In this document: positions 31,754 to 40,963 of the stretch, in pieces
Position numbering within the stretch: position 1 is the stretch's first letter
Layout of the letters: each line of letters opens with the position of its first letter
NCBI GenBank assembly: GCA_965218585.1
Contig: CBDCLE010000008.1
Location: 18,763-82,762, forward strand
Source: Terriglobia bacterium
Lineage (GTDB): Bacteria > Acidobacteriota > Terriglobia > 20CM-2-55-15
Length of the DNA: 64,000 nt
Reading direction: 5' to 3'
Notes under the pieces: model-generated
Databases searched by the model: none
What the model saw: the letters and a program-made list of their open reading frames with translations, nothing else
Told to the model about the DNA's origin: nothing
Made by a program: the position numbers and the translations under genes

Positions 31754-32872
31754 GTGATTGCCTCAATTCAGATAGAAGGATTCAAGGGGTTCGAGCGCTT
31801 CGAGATGCGTGATCTGGGTCGCGTAAATCTTTTGATCGGCACGAACAACAGTGGCAAGACTTCGATTTTGGAGGCGCTTCATCTCCTGACGAGCCAAGCC
31901 GATCCTATTTCACTCTGGCGACTCCTTTGGCGGAGGGGCGAGAGAGCAATTGAGCGATCTCATCCCTCCGCGCGAGGTTTTCCTGAAGTAGAGGTATCAC
32001 ACTTATTCACCGGGCACGGCCTTCACGTCGGCTCGTCGTTTCAATTGTCTGCGGAGAATCAAAATCCCCAGAGATTTGTGAGGGTCACAATCGACGAGTT
32101 AAGTGAGAAGGAACGCGGCTCCATTCGGCTTCCAGACGGATCGACCTCCAAAGTGGGTCTTCGCTTGAAGGGCACGCCGCGTCCGGTTATTGATTTGATC
32201 CCGTTGAGCAGTTCAGGGGCGCTATCGTCAGATTCCATCGATACGCCTCGACGGCCCAGAAAGCAGCGACCATCCGGTGATGCGTCACAGTTCCTTACGA
32301 CAGAAGCAATGGACGGGGATGATCTAGTAAGGATGTGGGATTCAATCGCACTAACACCAGACGAGGATCTCGTGCTGCGGACCCTATCCTGCCTTGATCG
32401 CGGAATTGAGAGAATTGCACCCCAAGCTAGCAGCACGCCGAATTATTGGGGGTCGCCCCCAAGTCGATCGGGTTTCATCATCAAGCATAAGCAGTTTGAG
32501 AATCCTGTTCCCATCGGGAGCATGGGAGATGGCATTTGGCGCCTGCTTTCGCTTTCCATTGCGATTACTCAATCCAGGGGAGGCGTCTTGCTCGTTGATG
32601 AAATAGATACCGGTCTTCACCATACGGCTATGTCTGACATGTGGAGGCTTATCATCTCCGCAGCCCAGCAATTTGATGTACAAGTGTTTGCAACAACGCA
32701 CAGTTCCGATTGCGTCAATAGCCTTGCTCTTAACAGTGAGGCATACCTCACTGCATTGGGCATGCCGCAAACAGTCACGTTTCAGCGGCTGGAGCGAGAT
32801 CACAATCGCGCCACGCCATATAGCCCCGAGGACGTACAAATCGCAGCTAGGCACTCAGTTGAAATCCGATAG
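31754..32872 (+). CDS. AAA_15/AAA_21 (AbiEii-like) ABC-type ATPase, IS passenger
   Basis: I.I.GFKGF, Walker A GTNNSGKTS, signature-like SMGDG, Walker B LLVDEIDTGLH, H-loop ATTHS. Confidence 0.9.
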   Translation: MIASIQIEGFKGFERFEMRDLGRVNLLIGTNNSGKTSILEALHLLTSQADPISLWRLLWRRGERAIERSHPSARGFPEVEVSHLFTGHGLHVGSSFQLSAENQNPQRFVRVTIDELSEKERGSIRLPDGSTSKVGLRLKGTPRPVIDLIPLSSSGALSSDSIDTPRRPRKQRPSGDASQFLTTEAMDGDDLVRMWDSIALTPDEDLVLRTLSCLDRGIERIAPQASSTPNYWGSPPSRSGFIIKHKQFENPVPIGSMGDGIWRLLSLSIAITQSRGGVLLVDEIDTGLHHTAMSDMWRLIISAAQQFDVQVFATTHSSDCVNSLALNSEAYLTALGMPQTVTFQRLERDHNRATPYSPEDVQIAARHSVEIR

Positions 32873-33526
32873 GTGCCAGTATCAAGCAATTCACGCTGGC
32901 TAGTTGTCGAAGGGATTGACGATCTCTATTCGGTAGTCGGCGTCATGAGAGCCCATACGCCTTGGCCTGAAGATCGAGAAGAAACACCAGTCTGGATTGA
33001 TATTGGCAGGAGTGCCGACGAGATATTGTCGTACCTACCGGTGCTTCTAAAGTCCACCACGATTCAGACACTCGGAGTAATGTTGGATGCGAACTCACGG
33101 CCGGTGCCACGCTATAACAGCCTGCGTCAGGTTTGCTTAGATTTCTTCCGAAATATCCCGCGCAGAATCCCGACAAGGGGCCTGATTATCGACGGCGATG
33201 ATGGCAGACGGTTAGGTGCATGGATCATGCCTGACAACCGTTCCAACGGCGCATTGGAAGATTTTCTGATTCCGCTAATCAGTGATTCTGGAAGGCCGTT
33301 ACTGGACGCTGTGGATCAGAACCTATCGCAACTGGCGGAGTTCGCCCCTTTTCGAGAATCACATACCCAAAAGGCACGACTTTACTCATGGCTCGCACTA
33401 CAAGATCCTCCGAGCCAGAATCCACGCCGTGCGTTATACAGCAGAACGCTTGACCCAATGAGCCCGACAGCACAGGCATTTGTTGACTGGTTCCTTGAGC
33501 TATACCAACTGGACCGAAGTGGTTAG
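32873..33526 (+). CDS. DUF3226-like / TOPRIM-like protein, IS passenger
   Basis: LVVEGIDD, GVMLDAN, WIMPDN...G.LEDFL, KA.LYSWLA.Q.PP, F..W...L. Stop codon lies within IRR. Confidence 0.8.
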   Translation: MPVSSNSRWLVVEGIDDLYSVVGVMRAHTPWPEDREETPVWIDIGRSADEILSYLPVLLKSTTIQTLGVMLDANSRPVPRYNSLRQVCLDFFRNIPRRIPTRGLIIDGDDGRRLGAWIMPDNRSNGALEDFLIPLISDSGRPLLDAVDQNLSQLAEFAPFRESHTQKARLYSWLALQDPPSQNPRRALYSRTLDPMSPTAQAFVDWFLELYQLDRSG

Positions 33527-33550
33527 CCAAGTATATTATTGCCCTTATTA

Positions 33551-34364
33551 GGGCGTGTTAACACTAATGAGCATGAATGTTTTATAATCAGGCATGGAGA
33601 TCACACAGGAGCAGTATTGTCGCATCGAGCCGGAACTGCCGCGTCAGCGGGGCAACGTCAGTCTTTCGAACCTGACGGTCTTGAACGCCATTTTGTATGT
33701 GGCTGAGCAGGGCTGCAAGTGGCGCGGTCTGCCCAAGCGCTTTGGCAACTGGCACACCATCTACACCCGGATGAACCGCTGGTCCAAGAACGGGGTGCTC
33801 GACACCGTCTTCGAAAAACTCCAGCGCGAGCAACTGGTGCGCATCCGGGTGGAAGCCGTTTCGATGGACTCGACCATTGTGAAGGTGCATCCCGACGGCA
33901 CGGGAGCGTTAAAAAAAACGGTCCGCAAGCGATCGGCAAATCCCGCGGTGGATGGACCACCAAGATTCATCTGGTTGCCGCGAATGCTCGAACGGCGATA
34001 ACGTTTGCGCTCTCGCCCGGCCAAGCGCACGACGCCCCGCAGGGCCGCGATCTGCTCGCCGGCCTGGGGCCGTTGCCCGCGCCGCTGCCGCTGCTGATGG
34101 ACCGTGCCTACCAGGACGACCAGACCCGCCAATTGGCTCTGGATTTTGGGTGGATTCCCGTCGTGCCGCCCAAGCGCAACCGCCTGGAGCCGTGGGAATA
34201 CGACCGCGTGCTCTACCGCCGCAGGAACGAAGTCGAGAGGCTCTTCCGCCGACTCAAGGGTTTTCGGCGTATCTTCTCCCGTTTCGATAAACTCGACGTC
34301 ATGTTCCTCGCCTTCCTTCACTTCGCACTCATCGTCGAGGCACTACGTTAGTGTTAACACGTCC
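33551..34364 (+). mobile_element. IS5-family insertion sequence (IS427-like, two-ORF), 814 bp
   Basis: IRs GGGCGTGTTAACACTAA (33551-33567) and TTAGTGTTAACACGTCC (34348-34364) match at 16/17; flanked by TA on both sides. Confidence 0.92.
33594..34351 (+). CDS. IS5-family transposase, orfA/orfB joined by -1 programmed frameshift at A8 (33911-33918)
   Basis: orfA: GCKWRGLP..FG.W.T.Y.R..RW, MDST..KVH. orfB: SRGGWTTKIH, MDRAY, YRRRNEVERLF.RLK.FRRI..RFDK. Confidence 0.93.
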
Positions 34365-34803
34365 TAGCTTCCAATACCTTTTTTAGTAGCGCCAGGTCTT
34401 TGCGGTTCGCCCGCCGGATCATGAACGACATTAATGGTGCCATCAGTGCCGAGAAGCCAGCGGGTCTGCCACGATTTCGCAACGTCATCCGCGTTGACGA
34501 TGCGTCCACGGCATCCCACCTGTAATGTGTTTCCATAGGAAACGGTCCTTCGGCCGTGCGCATTACAAGGCGCTGTTCAGGAACCAGCTCGACGATTTCG
34601 TAGGTGTATTCGAGGCTCCGACCCATGAAGTGGGCTACAAAAGCGATTTGCGATCCGAGCTTGGCGGGTCGAGGAGTCTTCCATTCGACGGATTTGATGT
34701 TCACATACCAGTGGGGAACGTTATCTGGATCCCCAGCATAGCGCGCCACCTGCTGGAGAGGGCAAGCGATGATAGTTTCCGAAGACACGTCGACATTCAT
34801 CAT
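34354..34803 (-). CDS. SRPBCC/polyketide cyclase family protein; 3' end rewritten by IS insertion
   Basis: [37 protein letters not shown]. Current stop lies inside the IS5 IR. Confidence 0.88.
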   Translation of the reverse strand: MMNVDVSSETIIACPLQQVARYAGDPDNVPHWYVNIKSVEWKTPRPAKLGSQIAFVAHFMGRSLEYTYEIVELVPEQRLVMRTAEGPFPMETHYRWDAVDASSTRMTLRNRGRPAGFSALMAPLMSFMIRRANRKDLALLKKVLEARTC

Positions 34804-34824
34804 CTCCTCCGTTTCCTTCGTCGA

Positions 34825-35877
34825 CTAGCGGGATATTACATCGCTGTAAGCCGGAAAACCCGGGATTGAGGTCGCTTCCTTGACTGCACGAAGGATCGCG
34901 TCAGCTAGGACTTCTGCGGCCAGTGCGCCGATCGTCCCCAGACTTGCCGTGGCTTCCGACGTCCCTGTCGACAGGGAAAACACGGTGTCACCATCTGCAG
35001 GTGTATGTGCGGGGTAGATCGTTCGCGCCAGGGCGTCCTGGGCCATCTGCGCAACCTTCGTCATCTCGGTCTTAGAAAAAGACACGTTGGTGGCTACCGC
35101 GCCGATCGTTGTGTTCCCTCCAGGCTCTGCGGCGGAGGTTTCTCCCGACAAGATCATCTGCCGTGTGTCCACAAAACCTGAGCCATCAGTATTTCGTGCG
35201 CCCGCGATGATTTCCCCAGTTGCTGGATCTATGACGTTGCCAACGCAATTTACCGCCACAATTGCGCCAACTACGATGCCGTTACCGATGGTGTGGCTGG
35301 AAGTTCCCAGTCCGCCCTTCATTGCTCGACCAGGGCCGGCCGTCTTTCCCACCGTCGCTCCGGCGCCCGCACCGACGTTGCCTTCGGCGACAGGGTCGGA
35401 AGTCGCGCCCTGGGCTGCGGCGTAACCCGCGTCGGCATCCGGCCAGATCGAAGCGTCTCCCAGATTGAGATCGTAAAGTATGGCTGCGGGTACGATCGGA
35501 ACGTTTGCTGCGCGTGTGGGGAAGCCGATGTCGCGTTCGCGCAGATAACGAACGACTCCGGTCGCCGCATCCAGTCCGAAAGCACTACCTCCGGAAAGCA
35601 GGACCGCGTGAACCTCTTCTACAGTGTTGACCGGACTCAGCAGGTCTGTTTCCCGTGTGCCTGGAGCCGATCCGCGGACGTCGACACCCGCGACTGCGCC
35701 CGCTTCGGTCAGGATCACCGTGCAGCCAGTGGGTCTTTCGGACGACGTAAAGTGCCCCACCCGGATGCCATCGACATCGGTAATGCTGGCCCGGGTCTGG
35801 GGGTTATTCTGAAACGGCGGATGCAACATGTAGGCCGCACCGCCAAGTAATGTCTGTCCAAATATTCTTCGACGCAT
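34825..35877 (-). CDS. P1/S58 family peptidase (DmpA-like L-aminopeptidase/D-esterase)
   Basis: ITDVDGIRVGH, TGCTV, DVRG.APGTRETD, LSGGSAFGL, GNVGAG.GA, NTTIG, HT..DGD.VF. RR-containing N-terminus. Confidence 0.92.
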   Translation of the reverse strand: MRRRIFGQTLLGGAAYMLHPPFQNNPQTRASITDVDGIRVGHFTSSERPTGCTVILTEAGAVAGVDVRGSAPGTRETDLLSPVNTVEEVHAVLLSGGSAFGLDAATGVVRYLRERDIGFPTRAANVPIVPAAILYDLNLGDASIWPDADAGYAAAQGATSDPVAEGNVGAGAGATVGKTAGPGRAMKGGLGTSSHTIGNGIVVGAIVAVNCVGNVIDPATGEIIAGARNTDGSGFVDTRQMILSGETSAAEPGGNTTIGAVATNVSFSKTEMTKVAQMAQDALARTIYPAHTPADGDTVFSLSTGTSEATASLGTIGALAAEVLADAILRAVKEATSIPGFPAYSDVISR

Positions 35878-35883
35878 CGTTCT

Positions 35884-37293
35884 TTAAGATTTCGACTCTG
35901 TTTTCAGGTCGTGGCGCCACCGTGCCAACATTAATGCTAACGCACAAATGATTCCAATCGCATACGGAGTCAGGATGCCGAAACCCGCACCATCAGTCCA
36001 GAAATATACGACCACGGTGATTCCGACAGATCCGATGACTGTCCACAACGCAGTCCTTGCCTTGGGGACTTTCGAATAGAGACCCACGAGTGTGGGAATA
36101 AACAAGGCAACGCCCAGTAGTCCGTAGAAGATCGTCAGCCCCTGGATAATCGACGGCAGGACTATGGCCAGGGCTACAGCTAGTATGCCGCCAGCCACCG
36201 CCGCAGCGCGGCTGACCTTGAGCAACTGCCTGTCGTCGGCATCCGGTTTCAGAAACCTCTTGTAGAGATCCACACTGAGGGAGGTCGACAGCATGAAAAG
36301 AATCGCGTCCGATGAACTGAGTTCAGCCGACAGAACGGCCGCCAGTGCCAGCACGCCGATCCCTACCGGGAGCAACTCGATCATGACCTGTGGCAGCGCG
36401 AGTTCGGGATCTTCCAGATTGGGAAAGTTGGCGTACGCGACCATGCCGAAGAAGGCGGGCACGAAGGCGAACAAGAGCAGGCCGATGGCGTTCAGATTGA
36501 TGCCGATCCGCGCGGTTCGTTCGTCGCGCGCTCCGTAGAGCTTCTGTATGAGACCGGGGGAGACGATAAAGGCCGGGACCAGTAACACGAGATATGCGAG
36601 GATACCGCGTCCTCCGACGCCGGTCATGCTGGAATAGGATGGATCCCGGGTGGCCGACAATGTCTCTCTGAGACCTTCCCATCCACCGCTTCCTTCCAAT
36701 GCGAAAGGAATTGCGATGAGAAAACCTCCCAGCATGAACACCAGTTGGACGACGTTGACGCGAGCTGCCGTCTGAAGACCTCCAGCTGCAAAATATGCCA
36801 TCACCACAACGCCGCCCGCAATCGCGCCCTGCCACTGCGGCCATCCCACTACGATTTCCAGAACGCGGGAGATGGCAATCAGTTGCACCGCGAGGATGGC
36901 CAACGTGCCGACCCACAGCAGGGAGGCCACGATTCCCCGAACCGCCCGGTCATAGCGGAGATCGATGAAATCGCCCATCGTATCCAGATTGTGTCGTTTT
37001 GCGATCCGCCAGATCGACGGGCCGACGATGTTGGCCAGGACCAGGGAACCTATTCCGGCCGAGCCGACCCACCACCACGCCGAAAGCCCCAACTCGTATC
37101 CGATACCAGCCGCTCCCACCGTTGAACCCGCTCCGATATTGGCTGCCAGGAACGTCGTGAATATCAGGCCCGGCCCGAGGTTCCGTCCGGCCACGAGAAA
37201 GTCCGTGGCATGGCGCACCTTGCGGGATATGACGAGTCCGAAAACGATGATTCCGACCAGATACGCGATCAGTAGAGTGAGTTGGAGGGTCAT
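35884..37293 (-). CDS. Sodium:solute symporter family protein
   Basis: DFLVAGR.L, AANIGAGSTVG.AG..Y..G, SA.LSS.D, many TM helices. Start at ATG 37293. Confidence 0.92.
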   Translation of the reverse strand: MTLQLTLLIAYLVGIIVFGLVISRKVRHATDFLVAGRNLGPGLIFTTFLAANIGAGSTVGAAGIGYELGLSAWWWVGSAGIGSLVLANIVGPSIWRIAKRHNLDTMGDFIDLRYDRAVRGIVASLLWVGTLAILAVQLIAISRVLEIVVGWPQWQGAIAGGVVVMAYFAAGGLQTAARVNVVQLVFMLGGFLIAIPFALEGSGGWEGLRETLSATRDPSYSSMTGVGGRGILAYLVLLVPAFIVSPGLIQKLYGARDERTARIGINLNAIGLLLFAFVPAFFGMVAYANFPNLEDPELALPQVMIELLPVGIGVLALAAVLSAELSSSDAILFMLSTSLSVDLYKRFLKPDADDRQLLKVSRAAAVAGGILAVALAIVLPSIIQGLTIFYGLLGVALFIPTLVGLYSKVPKARTALWTVIGSVGITVVVYFWTDGAGFGILTPYAIGIICALALMLARWRHDLKTESKS

Positions 37294-37355
37294 TCCTGCC
37301 CTGAGCGGCCGGCGCGGATTAGTTTCGGCTAAACTAATGTCCATCGAAGGCCGCA

Positions 37356-38459
37356 ATGAAAAGCTTGATTCAGGAAAACATACCTCTGTCTCCATTGACA
37401 ACCCTGGGGATCGGTGGGCCAGCCCGTTATTTCGTCGAAGCACGCTCCGAAGACGCCGTCTCGGGAGCTATTGAGTTTGTCCGAAAAAAGAACCTGCCCC
37501 TGATGATTCTCGGCGGTGGCAGTAACGTGCTTGTTTCAGACACGGGTTTCCCCGGTCTGGTGCTCCGGATCCGAATCGAAGGTCTGGAAGAAACGGAAAC
37601 TGAAGACGGATTTCTTGTCCGTGCAGGATCCGGTGTGGACTGGGACGGATTCGTGGCGCACTCAGTGGACCGGAAACTCTTTGGCATCGAATGCCTGAGT
37701 GGAATTCCTGGTTGGGTTGGCGGGACTCCGATACAGAACGTGGGTGCGTACGGACAGGAAGCTTCCGATGTCATTTCGGGTGTGCGCGTATACGACCGGG
37801 ATGCCGGAATTGTTCGGGAGCTGTCTTCTGAGGAATGCGAGTTCGAGTACCGGACCAGCGTCTTCAATACAACTGCACGCGGTCGATACGTCGTCCTTTC
37901 CGTAGAGTATGATTTGAAGCGAGAGGGACTCCCGAGGGTCGACTATCCGAATCTGGAAACCTATTTCGAAAGCGATCCGGAACCGAGTCTCGCCCAAGTC
38001 CGGGATGCGGTCCGAAAGATTCGTGCAAGTAAGGCGATGCTCCGGATCGAGGGTGATCCGGACTGCGCCAGTGCCGGTTCGTTCTTTAAGAACCCGATTC
38101 TGGATCGAACCTCGTACGCCACACTTGAGACTCGCGCGCGAGGGACGGACAGTCTTTCGACCGATGAGGACATTCCCCACTACGACACCGACGACGGAAT
38201 GGTAAAGGTGTCGGCGGCGTGGTTGATCGAGCGCGCAGGATACGGCAAGGGGACCTCGGACGGTTCCGTTGGACTTAGTAGAAAGCATGCATTGGCGCTC
38301 ATCAATCGAGGCGGGGGGACGGCCGAAGACATACTTCGGTTTGCCGGAGCCATTCAGTCTCGTGTCGAAGATCGATTTGGTGTCCGCCTGGTGACCGAAC
38401 CTGTGTTTGCAGGGTTTTCATCCGCTGTCGTCAGGCGTTTCGGAGCGATTCGCGCATGA
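37356..38459 (+). CDS. murB: UDP-N-acetylmuramate dehydrogenase
   Basis: TTLGIGGPA, LGGGSNVL, GIPG.VG.TPIQNVGAYG, F.YRTS.F, SAGSFFKNP, AAWLIE, KHALALIN. Confidence 0.97.
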   Translation: MKSLIQENIPLSPLTTLGIGGPARYFVEARSEDAVSGAIEFVRKKNLPLMILGGGSNVLVSDTGFPGLVLRIRIEGLEETETEDGFLVRAGSGVDWDGFVAHSVDRKLFGIECLSGIPGWVGGTPIQNVGAYGQEASDVISGVRVYDRDAGIVRELSSEECEFEYRTSVFNTTARGRYVVLSVEYDLKREGLPRVDYPNLETYFESDPEPSLAQVRDAVRKIRASKAMLRIEGDPDCASAGSFFKNPILDRTSYATLETRARGTDSLSTDEDIPHYDTDDGMVKVSAAWLIERAGYGKGTSDGSVGLSRKHALALINRGGGTAEDILRFAGAIQSRVEDRFGVRLVTEPVFAGFSSAVVRRFGAIRA

Positions 38460-38475
38460 CCCCGACGGAGACGAG

Positions 38476-38651
38476 GATTTCGCTCGATCATAGATTCAGA
38501 CAGGATGTCTGAATCTATGAGGTCGGGCGACCCTCGCAATCATCCTGATGGCGAGGCCTATCGGGATCCGTTGAATGTTCAAGACGAGAGAGAAGGACCC
38601 GCACCGGTTCGACGGTGCGGGTGGCCAACGAGGCGTAGCCGAGGCGGCAGT
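38476..38651 (+). repeat. Structured ~175-nt intergenic element, copy 2
   Basis: Homologous to 28088-28257; perfect hairpins TCATAGATTCAGACA-GGA-TGTCTGAATCTATGA and ACCCGCACCG-N6-CGGTGCGGGT. Confidence 0.75.
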
Positions 38652-38775
38652 AGTAGAAATGGAGTGGGAATTGGGCAGATTTTCAAACCGTTGCGTTCCC
38701 ACATCCTGTCGCAATTGCCTATAGCTGAAGGTACAATGAGTTTCTGGAGAAGTGACACTTTAGGTAAGGGGGAGC

Positions 38776-39876
38776 ATGGCCGCGCAAAACAAAAGTGACA
38801 ATTCCGGATCTGCGCCTGCAGAAGAGCAGATACTTGGCGAACTACGCAAGGTAGTCGATCCGGATCTCAACAAAGACATCGTTTCGTTGGGATTTGTACG
38901 GAACCTCGCGATCGATGGCGGCGCGGTGGCATTCGACATCAACCTGACCACCCCAGCGTGCCCGGTCAAAGACGTCATGCGAGACCAGGCAACGAGTTTC
39001 GTCGCCGCGCTGCCCGGGGTCAGCGACGTGAAAGTGAACATGACTGCCGAGGTGCGCGCATCGCCCACGACAGGCAAAGGTGCGCTTTCTAAGGTGCGCA
39101 ACATCGTCGCCGTTGGCAGCGGCAAGGGCGGTGTCGGAAAATCCACGATAGCGGTGAACCTGGCGGCGGCACTGGCCGGGTCGGGCGCCAAGGTCGGGCT
39201 TCTGGACGGCGACATCTATGGCCCGTCTCTGCCGATCATGTTGGGATCCAGAGGCGAACCGGATCACGTCGGTGGAAAGATCGTACCCAAGGAATCGGCC
39301 GGCCTCAAGTTCATGTCCATGGGCCTGCTCGTCAAGTCGCCGGATCAACCTTTGATCTGGCGGGGCCCCATGGCTCACAAGGCGTTCCAACAATGTCTTT
39401 TCGACGTGGAGTGGGGTGAACTCGATTACCTGCTCATTGATCTGCCTCCGGGGACCGGTGACGTGCACCTGACCCTCGCCCAGTCGGTTCCGGTAACAGG
39501 CGCGGTCATAGTGTCGACGCCTCAGGACGTGGGTCTTCAGATTTCGGTCAAGACGCTTCGGATGTTCCAGCAGACCAAGGTTCCTATTCTGGGAATCATC
39601 GAGAACATGTCCTACTGGATCTGCGGACATTGCGGTGAGAAGGACTTCATCTTTGGTGAAGATGGAGCGCGTCGGGCGGCCGAGCAGATGGAGATTCCCT
39701 TCCTGGGAGCCGTGCCCCTGGATCTACCGATTCGAGAGCAATCGGATCTGGGCGAACCCATTGTAATTGCGGACCCTGATGCGGCCAGCAGCGTCGTCCT
39801 CAGACAGATTGCGGAACAGCTGGCGGCACAAGTCAGTATCCAGACCTACAAGACACCGGTCCTGGAGGTCGAGTAG
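38776..39876 (+). CDS. mrp: Mrp/ApbC/NBP35 Fe-S cluster carrier ATPase with N-terminal DUF59
   Basis: DPDL.KDIVSLG, LTTPACP, GSGKGGVGKST, D.DIYGPS, WRGPM, DLPPGTGD, ENMS...C.HCG. Confidence 0.95.
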   Translation: MAAQNKSDNSGSAPAEEQILGELRKVVDPDLNKDIVSLGFVRNLAIDGGAVAFDINLTTPACPVKDVMRDQATSFVAALPGVSDVKVNMTAEVRASPTTGKGALSKVRNIVAVGSGKGGVGKSTIAVNLAAALAGSGAKVGLLDGDIYGPSLPIMLGSRGEPDHVGGKIVPKESAGLKFMSMGLLVKSPDQPLIWRGPMAHKAFQQCLFDVEWGELDYLLIDLPPGTGDVHLTLAQSVPVTGAVIVSTPQDVGLQISVKTLRMFQQTKVPILGIIENMSYWICGHCGEKDFIFGEDGARRAAEQMEIPFLGAVPLDLPIREQSDLGEPIVIADPDAASSVVLRQIAEQLAAQVSIQTYKTPVLEVE

Positions 39877-40209
39877 ATGCCGACCGGGACGGGCTCTACC
39901 GATCCGGTCAAGATCAAGAAGATCAACGGCAAGGAGTTGATGATCGTCTGGGACGACGATCACGAGAGTCACTACGTCGGCGCTATCTTGCGGGGCCTCT
40001 GCCCGTGCGCTTCCTGCCAGGACGAGGACACGGGCGAACGGCTGATCCTTCCCATGCACATCTCCGACGAACTCGAGTTCAGTAACATCGAACTGGTCGG
40101 ACACTACGCACTTCAGTTCCTCTGGAGCGATGGACACCGGACCGGGATATACAGCTTCGAGTATCTACGACGCCTTTGTCCCTGTGACGAGTGCAGAGGG
40201 CGTAACTGA
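39877..40209 (+). CDS. DUF971 (GBBH-like N-terminal) protein
   Basis: W.D.H.S.Y....LR..CPCA.C, VGHYAL...WSDGH.TGIYSFEYLR. Confidence 0.92.
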   Translation: MPTGTGSTDPVKIKKINGKELMIVWDDDHESHYVGAILRGLCPCASCQDEDTGERLILPMHISDELEFSNIELVGHYALQFLWSDGHRTGIYSFEYLRRLCPCDECRGRN

Positions 40210-40313
40210 AAGGTTCAAAAACGACAAAAGCAGAACCGATCCGAACCGAGAGACGCAGAGAAGGGAAGAGGATTAAAGACTCTGCGCCCTCTGCGCCTCC
40301 GCGTTAGGTTCTT

Positions 40314-40883
40314 CTAGGCTTTGGGTCGATCTGTCTTAGAGAATTCGATCTTCTTTTGTGCCTGATATTTGCCTTTTCGGTCCTTATATGAGACCTCGCA
40401 GGGTTCATCCGACTGAAAAAAAAGAACCTGGCAAAGTCCCTCGTTTGCGTAGACACGGACCGCCGCAGGCGTCGTGTTAGCGATGGAAATCGTTGGGAAC
40501 CCTTCCCATTCGGGTTCGAACGGTGTGACGTTAACCAGGACCCCTGCACGCGCGTATGTCGACTTTCCAAGACACAGCGTCAGGACGTCCCGCGGAATCC
40601 TCAGATACTCCAACGTCCGGCCTAAAACATAGGCATTAGGAGGGATATCGCAGTGCGGGCCCTGGTGTTCGATGTAATATTCGGGCCCAATCGCCTTCGG
40701 ATCGATCAGTCGACCTGCAGGAGGAGCGAAGATTCTGAACTCGTCGGCAAGCCGTAAATCATAGCCATAGGAGGACAATCCGTATGAGATTTTGCCTCGA
40801 GCGACCTGTCCGGCGCTAAAGGGTTCGATCATATTGTCCTGCTCGCATTTACGTCGTATCCAGGAATCCGGCTTAATAGCCAT
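40314..40883 (-). CDS. dcd: dCTP deaminase
   Basis: [45 protein letters not shown]. Confidence 0.97.
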   Translation of the reverse strand: MAIKPDSWIRRKCEQDNMIEPFSAGQVARGKISYGLSSYGYDLRLADEFRIFAPPAGRLIDPKAIGPEYYIEHQGPHCDIPPNAYVLGRTLEYLRIPRDVLTLCLGKSTYARAGVLVNVTPFEPEWEGFPTISIANTTPAAVRVYANEGLCQVLFFQSDEPCEVSYKDRKGKYQAQKKIEFSKTDRPKA

Positions 40884-40963
40884 TGCTTCAGGCCCCCTTC
40901 GGATGGTAAAAGATGTAAGAATATGGTTTCAAAAGAGATAGCTCACGTTACTGGAGGTTTGCT

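Larger units (their letters stand above)
30503..33543 (+). mobile_element. IS1595-family transporter IS carrying passenger genes (3041 bp)
   Basis: IRL GGTAATAATATACTTGACTAACC (30503-30525) and IRR GGTTAGCCAAGTATATTATTGCC (33521-33543) match at 21/23. 8-bp duplication CTTATTAG at 30495-30502 and 33544-33551. Confidence 0.93.

Noticed and set aside
30503-34364. Single composite transposon spanning both IS elements
   Set aside because: The two elements have unrelated IRs and separate target duplications, so they are independent insertions.
38505-38798. 97-aa ORF between murB and mrp (and ORFs over 28104-28459)
   Set aside because: They run through the repeated structured element and show no protein-like features.
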